Positions 23,601 to 34,702 of a DNA stretch of 45,661 nucleotides are shown piece after piece; position 1 is the stretch's first letter; every line of letters begins with the position of its first letter. The stretch lies in the NCBI GenBank assembly GCA_026706755.1, contig JAPOYG010000485.1:1-45661 (forward strand), in the 5' to 3' direction. This stretch comes from Acidobacteriota bacterium. Lineage in GTDB: Bacteria; Acidobacteriota; Vicinamibacteria; Vicinamibacterales; UBA8438. The notes under the pieces are model-generated. The model saw nothing but the letters and a program-made list of their open reading frames with translations, had not been told where the DNA came from and did not search any database. Both the position numbers and the translations under genes were made by a program.

Positions 23601-24908
23601 CGAGAAAACGTCGAGCTGCTCCGCGGCCGCTCCGCGTTCGGTCACCGCCTCCGGCGCCACGTACACCCAGGTCTGGTCCTCGACCAGCGCGTCCAGCCGG
23701 GTGGCCCCCGAGGTGCCCGGTCCTGCTGTACTGCCGGGCACTTGGCGCGCCCCGGTCTGCCAGTTGAAGACCTGAACGCGAGGCGGCTTGCCATCAGGGT
23801 CGAGCACCAGCACGCTCTGCGGCGCAAGTGCGCGGTGCACCAAGTGTTTCTCGTGGGCGTAACGGACCGCCTCGGCGATCTGCCGCAGCAGGTGAACGCG
23901 CGTGTCGACGTCGAGGCCGCCGGCCCGCTCCGCGAGCCAGTGATCGAGGCGTTGCGCGCCCGCGCGGTGCTCGAAGACGAGCGCCGGACCGAGCACGTGC
24001 TCGGTGTACGCCTTGGCCGCGAGGATGCCGTCGTGCCGGACGTCGCGCAGGATCTGGTACTCGCGGCGGGCCGCACGCTGCAGGGCCGCCCGCTCGTCGC
24101 CAGAGGCGCCGTGGGGCACGCCGTAAATGCGGACGCGCGCCAGCTCGCCCTCGATTGCCGCGTGGCGGGCCGTCCAGTCCTGGTAGCTCGGACCTTCGAG
24201 CAGCAGCTCGTCCAGGCGGTAGTCGCCCACGCGGCGGGCCCGCTGCGACCGCCGGATGCCGGCCTCCTGCATTGCGCGGCTGAGCGCCTTCGCCAGCGGG
24301 CGGTCGGGGCGCGCGCGGGGCAGCGCGCCAGCGCCGTGCCGGGTGAGAGCGGCGGCGATGCCGGGCCGCTCCTTAGCGCCCGCTCCGCTGTCGCGAACGT
24401 GCACGCGGTCGCGCAGGTCGTCCGGCAGCCGGCAGTCGACGTCGTCGTGGGACAGGAAGACGTGGGCTTCGAGGAACGGGCTTGTCGCCTTCCGCAGCGC
24501 CGGCTGGCGCCGGAGGAGCGCGATCAGCTTCTTCGCCTTGCGGTTCGCGAGCAGCAGCGGGTTGTCGAGCGTATGGGTACGGCCGCCGTGCCGCCAGGTC
24601 CATGTACCTTGATCGCCCTGGACGACGCCGGGCCGGCTCTTGATCTCGACGAGGTAGAAGCCCTTCGGCGTCAGGACCAGCAGGTCGACCTCGTTGATCG
24701 ACCCGTCGTCGGCGAGGAACTCGAAGTTCGACCAAGCGCGGTAGGGCTCATGGTCCGGCAGCCGCTCGCGCACGAACGCCAGCGCGTCCCGCTCCCACGG
24801 GAACTCGGAGTCCGCGATCGCTTGCCAGCGGGGGGACGTGGCGTCCATCGCGCGAGTCGGCGGCCGCGCTCCGCGTCGGAAAGAGCGCGGCCCCGAAAGA
24901 GGCGCCAA
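20619..24908 (-). CDS. pglW: PglW: NERD-domain, tandem (pseudo)kinase plus Ser/Thr kinase protein of type 2 BREX
   Basis: 1429 aa; an alternative ATG at 24848 gives 1409 aa. NERD-like 'INEVDLLVLTPKGFYLVEIKSRPG'. Kinase-like domain 1 is degenerate ('HRALAPQSVLV', no DFG, Lys replaced by Arg). Domain 2 is canonical ('VLKVAL', 'HRDIKPENLG', 'DFSLAR'). An RpoA-CTD/HhH-like segment 'LGLSARGLSAVERMNVRTVEDLL' and an HTH-like 'DVARALGVTPVAVSHAV' follow. Confidence 0.9.
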   Translation of the reverse strand: MAPLSGPRSFRRGARPPTRAMDATSPRWQAIADSEFPWERDALAFVRERLPDHEPYRAWSNFEFLADDGSINEVDLLVLTPKGFYLVEIKSRPGVVQGDQGTWTWRHGGRTHTLDNPLLLANRKAKKLIALLRRQPALRKATSPFLEAHVFLSHDDVDCRLPDDLRDRVHVRDSGAGAKERPGIAAALTRHGAGALPRARPDRPLAKALSRAMQEAGIRRSQRARRVGDYRLDELLLEGPSYQDWTARHAAIEGELARVRIYGVPHGASGDERAALQRAARREYQILRDVRHDGILAAKAYTEHVLGPALVFEHRAGAQRLDHWLAERAGGLDVDTRVHLLRQIAEAVRYAHEKHLVHRALAPQSVLVLDPDGKPPRVQVFNWQTGARQVPGSTAGPGTSGATRLDALVEDQTWVYVAPEAVTERGAAAEQLDVFSLGAIAYHLFTGRPPASSLFEMTERLRREQGLQVSAALDGAGEQLQLLVQHATYPEVTARLESVREFLEELERFEDEITRPEVVSRPDPLDARQNDMLEHGLVVKRRLGKGATALALLVEREGREQVLKVALSPESNGRLEAEAEVLDSLRHQHIVELHDRLRFGDRVGLLMARAGDATLAERLREEGRLHLELLERFGEDLLATIDWLETKGIPHRDIKPENLGAAKVGSQLHLVLFDFSLARTPAENVLAGTRDYLDPFLQTRTPPRWDTYAERYAAAVTLYQLASGALPRWGDGRSEPAVLDCEATIDADAFEPAVREDLAGFFAKALRRDYRRRFDNAQEMLRAWRRIFLAAARPETATGDPGPPPLLVPDAEARLDTLLSELGLSARGLSAVERMNVRTVEDLLRFPLVHVNRMRGVGSRTRRELTELARRLAARFPEAAEAPKTTPAGDAVTVGDDGAPASVDELRRQLVPAGRSAEAKRDAGVLAALLRLAEGGQAGEWPSQSDVARALGVTPVAVSHAVARARRRWSRLPGFTRLRHDVAEMLDTHNHVMTLREAAEALLANRGSVQEQPLRFRHAAACVRAAVEVESRLAAPRWIVRRVAAPVYALLASDAIDDDGTPRVDGQRLADYAERLCRTADRLAGADPLPSPARVIEALKAVAVPAGAPRPAPKRLPVLAAAVSRGAALSSRLELYPRGMAADRVLKLALGALAGARTLTPDEIRRRVAGRYPEAAPLPDRPALDTLLRDAGSELVWKTAARGGRGAYESPFRTLVTVASETSYTRTTGRASRVADVGAADWSESDDFAQRLRRVLDNRAYLALTVPARRLVEAERALAATFPVDARSLDELLIRHMKAAAAEAGADWQVVLRADRGPRGSSDWANLLRLVGHRALPRVRAELDAAPRPVLLTNSGLLARYEQMPFLDELRDATGRPGGPPGLWLLVPCDEQESRPLIDGQPVPVFTAAQWARIPESWLAASRGAAAGS

Positions 24909-25039
24909 TCCAGTGCGAGCCCGGTGCTATTCACCGCGTGGAGGCGCGGGTGGCGCAGTAGCCACCTGAGTCCCTCCCGTGCGCACACCCGGGCGCGGCA
25001 ACTCGGGGGCGGCCGGTGCAGTCGTCAAGGTGGGTCCGT

Positions 25040-25327
25040 TCAGACGCCCGCGACAATCGTGACGGTCACCTTCGCGCACTCGTCCAGCGCCGCCCGGATC
25101 CCGGCACGTTCCGGGGCCTCCCACCACGCCTTCGCGCGTTCGGGGCTGTCGAACTCCACGAGCACCAGGCGATGGGTCGTCCAGTCACCCTTCACGACCT
25201 CCGCCGCCCCGCCGCGTACCAGGAACTTCCCGCCATGGGCCTCGACGGTCGCCGGCGCCCGATCCCGCAACGCGTCGAACGCGGCCTGGTCCAGGATTTC
25301 GACGTTGAGCAACGCGTATCCAGCCAT
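25040..25327 (-). CDS. DUF1330 domain protein
   Basis: 95 aa: 'MAGYALLNVEILDQAAFDALRDRAPATVEAHGGKFLVRGGAAEVVKGDWTTHRLVLVEFDSPERAKAWWE'. This is the typical DUF1330 length and pattern. SD AAGGGAGAG lies upstream. Confidence 0.85.
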   Translation of the reverse strand: MAGYALLNVEILDQAAFDALRDRAPATVEAHGGKFLVRGGAAEVVKGDWTTHRLVLVEFDSPERAKAWWEAPERAGIRAALDECAKVTVTIVAGV

Positions 25328-25465
25328 CAGCTCTCCCTTTCCTGCTCGCGCCGGTCACAAGCTTCGTTCACGGAGACTCTCCAGGAAACTCCTCGGAGGT
25401 CTCTCCGCCCCGGCCTCAGGGCATTCACCTCGCGCCCGCCGCGACGGGCGGATGCCGGCCTCCTG

Positions 25466-26941
25466 TCAGGGTTGGTATAGAACCGCGGCCGGGGCCGACG
25501 CGCCGAGCATCTCGGTGGCGCTCTGGGCCTGGTCGAAGAGCGCCTGCGGATACACGCCGAACAGGACGGAGCCGACGACGGCGATCACCAGCGCGGTGGC
25601 GATGGCAGGGCGGATGACGATCGGCGAGCCGAGGGTCTCTTCCTTCAGCCACATGAAGACGACCACCCGGACGTAGTAGTAGAGGGAGATGGCGCTGTTG
25701 ATGACGCCGATCACGGCCAGCCAGATGAACCCGGAATCGATGGCCGCGCTGAATAGCCAGAACTTGCCCATGAAGCCCGCCGTCGGGGGAATGCCGCCCA
25801 GCGAGAGCATGAAGATCAGCATCGCGATGGCGGCGGCCGGCTGGCGGAAGTAGAGCCCGCTCAGGTCCTTGAGCTCGTCGCCGACGACGTCCTTCCGGCG
25901 CAGCATCGAGAGGATGGCGAAGGCGCCGAGCTGCATGAAGAGATAGACCCAGAGGTAGACCATCGTCGCCGTCACGCCGCGGTCGGAGGCCGCGACGACG
26001 CCGATGAGCACGTAGCCGGCGTGGGCGATGGACGAGTACGCCAGCATCCGCTTGACGTTGCTCTGCGTGATGGCGGCGATGTTGCCGACGGTCATCGAGA
26101 CCGCGGCCAACGCCCAGAAGAAGACCTGCCAGTCGGCCACCAGCCCCGGGATGCCGTCGAGCAATATCCGGAGCAGCATGGCGAACGATGCCGCCTTGGA
26201 GCCGACCGAGAGGAACGCGGTCACCGGCGTCGGCGCGCCTTCGTAGACGTCCGGCGCCCACATGTGGAAGGGGACCGCCGCAATCTTGAATCCCATGCCG
26301 GCGCCGAGGAGGATGAGCGCCAGCGACAGCAGCAGCGACCCCTCGGATCCGGCCAGCGCATCCGCGATGCCGGCCAGGCTCGTCGTCCCGGTCACGCCGT
26401 AGAAGAGCGACATCCCGTAGAGGAGCAGGCCGAGGGAGAACGCGCCGAGCAGGAAGTACTTGACCGCCGCCTCGTTGGATCGCCGGCTCGGCTTGAGGAA
26501 GCCGGTCAGGATGTAGAACGAGATGGCCATCGTCTCGAGGCCGATGAAGAGCGTGATCAGGTCGATCCCGCTCGCCATGAACATCATCCCGAGCGTGGCG
26601 CACAGAATGAGGAAGCAGAATTCGCCCGGTCGCACGCCCTCCACCTGCAGGTAGGGCACGGACATCAGCAGCGTGATGCCCGCCGACAGCAGGAAGAGCA
26701 CCTTGAAGAACGCCGCGAACCCGTCCACGGCCAGGAGGCCCGCCGAGATCGTGGTGTCGAGCCCCGCGAACGCCAGCACGGCCACCCCGGACACGGCGAG
26801 CGTGGCGAGCGCGGTCCCCAGGACGGCGGAGTCACGGCGCGGCGCGAGCAGGTCGACCACCAGCACCAGCAGGGCGCCGGCCGTCAGCAGGATCTCCGGC
26901 AGCAGGTAGTAGAAGTCGGCGGCGGTGAAACCGGCAGGCAT
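25466..26941 (-). CDS. nuoN: NADH-quinone oxidoreductase subunit N
   Basis: Start taken at ATG 26941 ('MPAGFTAADFYYLLPEILL...'), 22 nt after the nuoM stop and with AGGGA upstream; the track ORF extends to 27007. It is a polytopic antiporter-like subunit and the last gene of the cluster. Confidence 0.9.
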   Translation of the reverse strand: MPAGFTAADFYYLLPEILLTAGALLVLVVDLLAPRRDSAVLGTALATLAVSGVAVLAFAGLDTTISAGLLAVDGFAAFFKVLFLLSAGITLLMSVPYLQVEGVRPGEFCFLILCATLGMMFMASGIDLITLFIGLETMAISFYILTGFLKPSRRSNEAAVKYFLLGAFSLGLLLYGMSLFYGVTGTTSLAGIADALAGSEGSLLLSLALILLGAGMGFKIAAVPFHMWAPDVYEGAPTPVTAFLSVGSKAASFAMLLRILLDGIPGLVADWQVFFWALAAVSMTVGNIAAITQSNVKRMLAYSSIAHAGYVLIGVVAASDRGVTATMVYLWVYLFMQLGAFAILSMLRRKDVVGDELKDLSGLYFRQPAAAIAMLIFMLSLGGIPPTAGFMGKFWLFSAAIDSGFIWLAVIGVINSAISLYYYVRVVVFMWLKEETLGSPIVIRPAIATALVIAVVGSVLFGVYPQALFDQAQSATEMLGASAPAAVLYQP

Positions 26942-26963
26942 CGTCGTGTCCCTGGTGCCGGGC

Positions 26964-28568
26964 TCAGCGGGCGCCGCCCCGGATCGGTCCGGCGGCCGAT
27001 TCGACAACGGCGATGGCGCCTTCAGTGGCGTCGGCGTCGCCTTCGGCGGCGACCGCGAAGCGCGGCGTGTAGTCGGCGTTGACCCGCATCATGACCTTGT
27101 CCACCGACGTCTCGAGACGATCGAGGAACGGCTTCGGATAGAGCCCGATCCAGACCGCCAGCAGCAGCAGCGGCGCGAAGGTGGCGAACTCGCGCAGGCT
27201 GACGTCGGGCAGGTTCTCGTTCTTCGGGTTGTCGACGGTTCCGAACATCGTGCGCTGGTACAGCCAGAGCATGTAGGCCGCCCCGAGGACGATGCCGCTC
27301 GCCGCGAAGAAGGCCCACGTCTTGCTGACCACGAAGATCCCCTGCAGGATGAGCACTTCGCCGATGAATCCGTTCAGCGTCGGCAGCCCGATCGACGACA
27401 TCGTCATGATGAGGAAGATCGCCGCGTAGACCGGCATGATCTTCGACAGGCCGCCGTACTCCGCGATCATGCGCGTGTGCCGCCGCTCGTAGACGACGCC
27501 GACCAGCAGGAAGAGGGCGCCGGTCGAGATGCCGTGGTTGAGCTGCTGCACGATGCTGCCGGTGATGCCGACGGGCGTCAGCGCGAACATGCCCAGCATC
27601 ACCATGCCCATGTGGCTGACGCTGGAATAGGCGACCAGGCGTTTCCAGTCGCGCTGGGCCATGGCCACGAGCGCCCCGTAGACGATTCCGATGATGGAGA
27701 GCAGGACCACCGCGGGCACGAAGGCCTGCGTCGCCTCCGGCAGGATCGGCAGGCTGAACCGGATGAACCCGTAGGTGCCCATCTTCAGGAGCACGGCGGC
27801 CAGGATGACCGACCCCGCCGTCGGCGCGTCGGTGTGGGCGTCGGGCAGCCAGGTGTGGAACGGGAACATCGGTACCTTGACCGCGAACCCCAGGAAGAAG
27901 GCGAGGAAGATCCACCACTGCAGGTCGTAGGGGATGTTCAGCTCGTGGAACTGCGTGATGTCGAACGTGTACACCCCGGTCACGTCCTGGTGGTAGAAGT
28001 AGACGGCCAGGATGCCGAGCAGCATGATGACGCTGCCGACCAGGGTGAAGAGGAAGAACTTGATGGCCGAGTAGAGCCGGTTGTCGCTGCCCCAGATGCC
28101 GATGAGGAAGTACATCGGCACCAGCATCACTTCCCAGAACAGGAAGAAGAGCAGGAAGTCGAGGGCCACGAAGGCGCCGATCATCCCCGTCTGCAGCATC
28201 AGCAGGAAGATGTAGTACTCCTTCACCCGAGTCTGGATGGCGTTCCAGGACGACAGCACGGCGATGACGCCCATCATCGTCGTGAGCAGGATCAGGAGCA
28301 CGCTGAAGCCGTCGACGCCGAGGAAGTACTGCGCCCCGATGGAGGGAATCCACTCCATCTGCTCGACGAACTGCCAATCCGGGTTCGTCGAGTCGTACAG
28401 GAACCAGAGCGGCAGCGACACGAGGAAGCCGAGGGCTGCCGTCGCGTTGGCGATCCAGCGGATCAGGTCGACCTGCCGGCTGCCGACGAAGAGGAGCACG
28501 AGCGCGCCGGCCAGCGGCGTGAAGAGGATCAGCGACAGCAGCGAGGGGGTATCGGCGGCGTTGCTCAT
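26964..28568 (-). CDS. nuoM: NADH-quinone oxidoreductase subunit M
   Basis: 534 aa with NuoM/ND4-like sequence ('...SLILFTPLAGALVLLFV...HTWLPDAHTDAPTAGSVILA...'). Lies between nuoL and nuoN. Confidence 0.95.
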   Translation of the reverse strand: MSNAADTPSLLSLILFTPLAGALVLLFVGSRQVDLIRWIANATAALGFLVSLPLWFLYDSTNPDWQFVEQMEWIPSIGAQYFLGVDGFSVLLILLTTMMGVIAVLSSWNAIQTRVKEYYIFLLMLQTGMIGAFVALDFLLFFLFWEVMLVPMYFLIGIWGSDNRLYSAIKFFLFTLVGSVIMLLGILAVYFYHQDVTGVYTFDITQFHELNIPYDLQWWIFLAFFLGFAVKVPMFPFHTWLPDAHTDAPTAGSVILAAVLLKMGTYGFIRFSLPILPEATQAFVPAVVLLSIIGIVYGALVAMAQRDWKRLVAYSSVSHMGMVMLGMFALTPVGITGSIVQQLNHGISTGALFLLVGVVYERRHTRMIAEYGGLSKIMPVYAAIFLIMTMSSIGLPTLNGFIGEVLILQGIFVVSKTWAFFAASGIVLGAAYMLWLYQRTMFGTVDNPKNENLPDVSLREFATFAPLLLLAVWIGLYPKPFLDRLETSVDKVMMRVNADYTPRFAVAAEGDADATEGAIAVVESAAGPIRGGAR

Positions 28569-28580
28569 GGCATGGTCCGG

Positions 28581-30698
<2,118 letters not shown>

Positions 30699-30708
30699 GG
30701 GAACAGCG

Positions 30709-31017
30709 TCACCACCGCATGATCTGGATCTCGTCGATGTTCACCGTCTCCTTGTTGCGATAGAAGGCGATGATGATGCCGAGACCGACCGCGGCCTCCG
30801 CCGCGGCGACCGCAATGACGAAGACGACGAACACCTGTCCGGCCAGATCCTGAAGCTGGTCCGACAGGGCGACCAGGTTGATGTTGACCGCGTTCAGGAT
30901 GAGCTCGATCGACATGAAGATGATGATCACGTTGCGGCGCACCAGCACGCCGATGACGCCGATCATGAACAGCGCCGCCGAGAGCAGGCTGTAGTGCAGC
31001 GGGGTGATCTCGAGCAC
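30709..31017 (-). CDS. nuoK: NADH-quinone oxidoreductase subunit K
   Basis: 102 aa. '[39 protein letters not shown]' is NuoK/ND4L-like. Confidence 0.95.
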   Translation of the reverse strand: MLEITPLHYSLLSAALFMIGVIGVLVRRNVIIIFMSIELILNAVNINLVALSDQLQDLAGQVFVVFVIAVAAAEAAVGLGIIIAFYRNKETVNIDEIQIMRW

Positions 31018-31020
31018 GCG

Positions 31021-31548
31021 TCAGTCCCCCAGGTGGCGCTTCGCCAGCACGATGGCGCCGATCATGGCGACGAGCAGCAGCATCGACGCCAGCTCGAACG
31101 GGATGAGGTAGCTGGTGTAGAGCACCCACCCGAGCTGCTCCGTGTTGCCGCTCGTGAACGGCGTTCCGAAACCGGACAAGGTCCCCTCGGACGCCATGCC
31201 GGCGCGCAGTGACGACGAGACGACCACGACGATCAGCGCCAGCACCACGCCCCCGAGCAGGAGGCCCGAGCGGGCCAGGCGGCGCGGATCCGAGAAGCGC
31301 TCGGGCGCCTTCTTCAGGTTCACGAGCATGACGACGAACAGGTACAGGACGACGATGCCGCCCGCGTAGACGAGCACCTGGATGACGGCGACGAACTCCG
31401 CGTTCAGCGTGACGTAGAGCACCGCCACGAGCAGGAAGTTCACCACCAGGAACAGGACGCTGTGCACGGCGCTCCGCGCCGAGACCACCATCACCCCGAG
31501 CCCGAGAATCAGCGCCGCCAGCGTGTAGAAGAGGAGAGCTTCGGCCAT
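31021..31548 (-). CDS. nuoJ: NADH-quinone oxidoreductase subunit J
   Basis: Start at ATG 31548 ('MAEALLFYTLAALILGLGVMVVSARSAVHSVLFLV...'), giving 175 aa. The upstream part of track ORF 31021..32454 overlaps nuoH and is junk. Confidence 0.9.
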   Translation of the reverse strand: MAEALLFYTLAALILGLGVMVVSARSAVHSVLFLVVNFLLVAVLYVTLNAEFVAVIQVLVYAGGIVVLYLFVVMLVNLKKAPERFSDPRRLARSGLLLGGVVLALIVVVVSSSLRAGMASEGTLSGFGTPFTSGNTEQLGWVLYTSYLIPFELASMLLLVAMIGAIVLAKRHLGD

Positions 31549-31559
31549 CGGCAGCCTGT

Positions 31560-32558
31560 CTAGAACACGACCTTGAACACGCCGGTCACCACGAGGTTGC
31601 CGATCGCCACCGGGATGAGCACCTTCCACCCGAGGCTCATCAACTGGTCGTAGCGATAGCGCGGCAACGTGGCGCGAATCCAGATGAACACGTAGAGGAA
31701 CAGGAAGACCTTGCCGACGAACCAGATCCAGGCCGGCAGCAGGTCGAGGAAGCCGAGGAATGCGATGTTCGGGAACGGCCGCAGCCAGCCGCCGAAGAAC
31801 ATCAGCACGACGATCGCCGAGATGACGATCATGTTGGCGTACTCGGCCAGGAAGAACAGCGCGAAGCGCATCCCGCTGTACTCGGTGTGGAACCCGCCCG
31901 TCAGCTCCGTCTCGGCCTCCGGCAGGTCGAACGGCGCGCGGTTCGTCTCGGCGAGGCCGCCGATGAAGATCAGCACCAGCGCCACCGGCTGGATGAACGC
32001 GAACCAGATGCCGCTCTCCTGCTGGGCCTCCACGATCCCGACGAGGCTGAGGGTGCCGGTCGTCAGGATGACGCTGACCAGCGTCATCGTCACCGCGATC
32101 TCGTAGCTGATGAGCTGCGCCGACGCGCGCAGGCTGGCCAGCAGCGGGTACTTGCTGTTCGAGGCCCAGCCGCCGAGGATGATGCCGTAGACCCCGATCG
32201 ACGTCACCGAGATGATGAACAGCAGGCCGACGTTGATGTCGCCGATGTAGTAGAGCGGATCCGGGCCGAAAGGCACGACCGCGAAGACGACCAGCGCCGG
32301 CACCAGGCTCATGATCGGCGCCAGCGTGAAGACGTGCCGGTCCGCCTTCACCGGCGTGATGTCTTCCTTGAGGATCAGCTTGATGGGGTCCGCTATCGCC
32401 TGCAGGATGCCGTAGGGCCCGACCCGCATCGGACCGAGTCGGGACTGCGCCCACGCGATCACCTTCCGCTCCATGAGCACGAGGAAGGTCACCGCGACCA
32501 GCACGGCGTTGACCAGGACGGCGATCTTCAGCAACGGGATGACGACGGTGTCGAGCAT
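31560..32558 (-). CDS. nuoH: NADH-quinone oxidoreductase subunit H
   Basis: 332 aa. 'LMERKVIAWAQSRLGPMRVGPYGILQAIADPIKL' and 'ETNRAPFDLPEAETELTGGFHTEYSGMRFALFFLAEY' are NuoH/ND1 signatures. Confidence 0.95.
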   Translation of the reverse strand: MLDTVVIPLLKIAVLVNAVLVAVTFLVLMERKVIAWAQSRLGPMRVGPYGILQAIADPIKLILKEDITPVKADRHVFTLAPIMSLVPALVVFAVVPFGPDPLYYIGDINVGLLFIISVTSIGVYGIILGGWASNSKYPLLASLRASAQLISYEIAVTMTLVSVILTTGTLSLVGIVEAQQESGIWFAFIQPVALVLIFIGGLAETNRAPFDLPEAETELTGGFHTEYSGMRFALFFLAEYANMIVISAIVVLMFFGGWLRPFPNIAFLGFLDLLPAWIWFVGKVFLFLYVFIWIRATLPRYRYDQLMSLGWKVLIPVAIGNLVVTGVFKVVF

Positions 32559-32583
32559 GGTCCCGGGATCACATCCTGTGCGC

Positions 32584-33717
32584 TCAGCGATCGACCTCGC
32601 CGAGCACGATGTCGATGGTTCCGATCAGCGCCACCACGTCCGCCACGAGGTGCCCGCGGACGAGGCGCTTGAGCCCCTGCAGGTTGCAGAACGACGGCGG
32701 CCGGACTCGGAACCGGTAAGGATTGGTCGACTTCCCGTCGCTCACGAGGAAGTACCCGAGCTCGCCCTTCGGCGACTCGATGGCGTGATAGGTCTCCCCG
32801 GCCGGCGGCTTGAGGAGGCGCGGCACCTTGCCCATGATCGGTCCTTCCGGCAGCCCGTCGAGCGCCTGCCGGACGATGCGGATCGACTGCCGGAACTCTT
32901 CCATCCGGATCAGGTAGCGGTCGTAGGTGTCGCCGCGGGTCCCGAGCGGGATGTCGAAGTCGAACTCCTCGTAGGCGGCGTTCGGCTCGTCCTTCCGGAG
33001 GTCGCGCGAGACGCCCGAGCCGCGGAGCGGCGGGCCGCAGAGCCCCAGCCCGATGGCCTCCTCCGCCGAGATGACCCCGACGTCGCGCGTCCGCTTGAGC
33101 CAGATGCGGTTGTTCGTCAGCAGCGTCTCGTAGTCGTCCAGCTTCCCTTCCATGAGGTCGCAGAACGACCGCACCTTGCGATCCCACCCCGGCGGAACGT
33201 CCAGCGGCAGCCCGCCCACGCGCATCGAGTTGTACGTCAGGCGCGCCCCGCAGAACTCCTCGAAGAGGTCGAGCACGAGCTCGCGCTCGCGGAAGGCGTA
33301 CAACAGCACGGTCATGGCCCCGATGTCCATGGCGTGCGTGCCCAGCCAGAGGCAGTGGCTGGCGATGCGCTGCAGCTCCGCGAGGACCGTGCGGAGGTAC
33401 CGCGCCCGGCGCGGCACCTCGATCTGCATGAGCTTCTCGACCGCCTCGACGTAGCCGAGGTTGTTGGTGGCGGCCGCGACGTAGTCCATGCGGTCGGTGA
33501 GCAGCACGATGTGCGTCCAGTCGCGGTTCTCGCACAGCTTCTCTACGCCGCGATGGATGTAGCCGATCACGCAGTCCGCGTCGAGGACGCGCTCGCCGTC
33601 GAGCCGCAGCACGACCCGCAGCACGCCGTGCGTGCTCGGATGCTGCGGCCCCATGTTGATCACCAGCTCGTTGGTGTCGAACTGGGTCGTGCTGACGCGG
33701 GGAGCGGGAACCGTCAT
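32584..33717 (-). CDS. nuoD: NADH-quinone oxidoreductase subunit D
   Basis: 377 aa. '[22 protein letters not shown]' and the C-terminal '[13 protein letters not shown]' are NuoD 49-kDa subunit signatures. Confidence 0.95.
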   Translation of the reverse strand: MTVPAPRVSTTQFDTNELVINMGPQHPSTHGVLRVVLRLDGERVLDADCVIGYIHRGVEKLCENRDWTHIVLLTDRMDYVAAATNNLGYVEAVEKLMQIEVPRRARYLRTVLAELQRIASHCLWLGTHAMDIGAMTVLLYAFRERELVLDLFEEFCGARLTYNSMRVGGLPLDVPPGWDRKVRSFCDLMEGKLDDYETLLTNNRIWLKRTRDVGVISAEEAIGLGLCGPPLRGSGVSRDLRKDEPNAAYEEFDFDIPLGTRGDTYDRYLIRMEEFRQSIRIVRQALDGLPEGPIMGKVPRLLKPPAGETYHAIESPKGELGYFLVSDGKSTNPYRFRVRPPSFCNLQGLKRLVRGHLVADVVALIGTIDIVLGEVDR

Positions 33718-33766
33718 GTTGCGTCCGTCTCGTGCGGGCCGCGGCGGAGCGCCGCGCGCGGCGCAG

Positions 33767-34702
33767 TCACTCGATCTCCGTATCGGGGCCGGGCTCTCGA
33801 TCCGTCCCTGCCTCGTCGGGCAGGTTGCGGACGCGCAGCCAGTCCTGGGGGTTCTCCATCAGCAGCTCGCCGGGTCCCTCGAGGGGATAGTCCTTGCGCT
33901 GCGGGTGCCCCTGCCACTCGTCGGGCATCAGAATGCGGCGCCGGTCCGGATGATTCACGATGTTGACCCCGAACTGGTCGAACACCTCGCGCTCCAGCCA
34001 GTTCGCGGCGGGCCACAGGCCGGTCACCGACTCCACCGCGTCATCCTCGCCGACGCGCACCTTGACGCGTACCCGGTGCCGCAGCCGCGTCGAGTACAGG
34101 CAGTAGATCAGGTCGAACCGTCTCTCGCGCGGCGGCCAGTCCGTCGCCGTGACGTCGGAGCAGTAGTCGAAGGCCGCCGCCTCGTGGGTCTTGAGAAGCT
34201 CGAGCACGTCCAGCAGCCGCTCCCGCCGCACGATGAGCGTCCAGTCCCCGACCCAGTACGAAAGGGCCTCGATCGCGTCCGGAAGCGCTTCCTGAACCGC
34301 CGCGACGGCCGCCGGCGACTCCATACCCTCCGGCGGTGGCGGATCGGGCGGACCCTTCGGGGGCTCGGGCGGCGGCTTGGGCTTGGGCTTCGGCCTGGGC
34401 TTGGCCGCCGCAGCGGGCTTGGCCGCCGCAGCGGGCTTGGCCGGCTTCTCCGGGGCAGCGGGCTTGGCGGACGCTGCCGTGGGCGCCTGCCGCGCGGCCT
34501 CGGCCGCGGCCGGCTTGGCCGGGGGTGCAGGCTCTGACTTCGGCCGTGCGGCCGCCGCCGGCTCGGGCTTCGGGGGCGCGGCCTTCGGCGGCGCGGCGTC
34601 CGCTGCCGCAGGAGGGTCGGGCGCGGGGCCGGCGGCCGGCTCGGATACGGCCCCGCCCGCCTCGCCGGGCGCGTCCGCACCGGGCTTCGTGTCGTCAGTC
34701 AT
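33767..34702 (-). CDS. nuoC: NADH-quinone oxidoreductase subunit C with a 126-aa Pro/Ala/Lys-rich N-terminal extension
   Basis: The NuoC 30-kDa core runs from '[21 protein letters not shown]...[12 protein letters not shown]...[20 protein letters not shown]'. The upstream 126 codons in the same frame are PAK-rich with high GC3. An alternative start at ATG 34324 would give a canonical-length NuoC. Confidence 0.85.
   Translation of the reverse strand: MTDDTKPGADAPGEAGGAVSEPAAGPAPDPPAAADAAPPKAAPPKPEPAAAARPKSEPAPPAKPAAAEAARQAPTAASAKPAAPEKPAKPAAAAKPAAAAKPRPKPKPKPPPEPPKGPPDPPPPEGMESPAAVAAVQEALPDAIEALSYWVGDWTLIVRRERLLDVLELLKTHEAAAFDYCSDVTATDWPPRERRFDLIYCLYSTRLRHRVRVKVRVGEDDAVESVTGLWPAANWLEREVFDQFGVNIVNHPDRRRILMPDEWQGHPQRKDYPLEGPGELLMENPQDWLRVRNLPDEAGTDREPGPDTEIE
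34397..34443 (-). repeat. 18-nt tandem repeat (2 perfect units plus a partial third) inside the nuoC extension
   Basis: gggcttggccgccgcagc occurs at 34397-34414 and again at 34415-34432, then gggcttggccg follows. On the coding strand this encodes (AAAAKP)n. Confidence 0.85.

Noticed and set aside
21855-25676. 1273-aa plus-strand ORF antisense to pglW and DUF1330; likewise 39320..42808 (-) and 40222..43107 (+) over the hem/SWIM region
   Set aside because: Antisense or off-frame to genes with clear family motifs, with Arg/Ala/Gly/Pro-dominated composition. No independent support.
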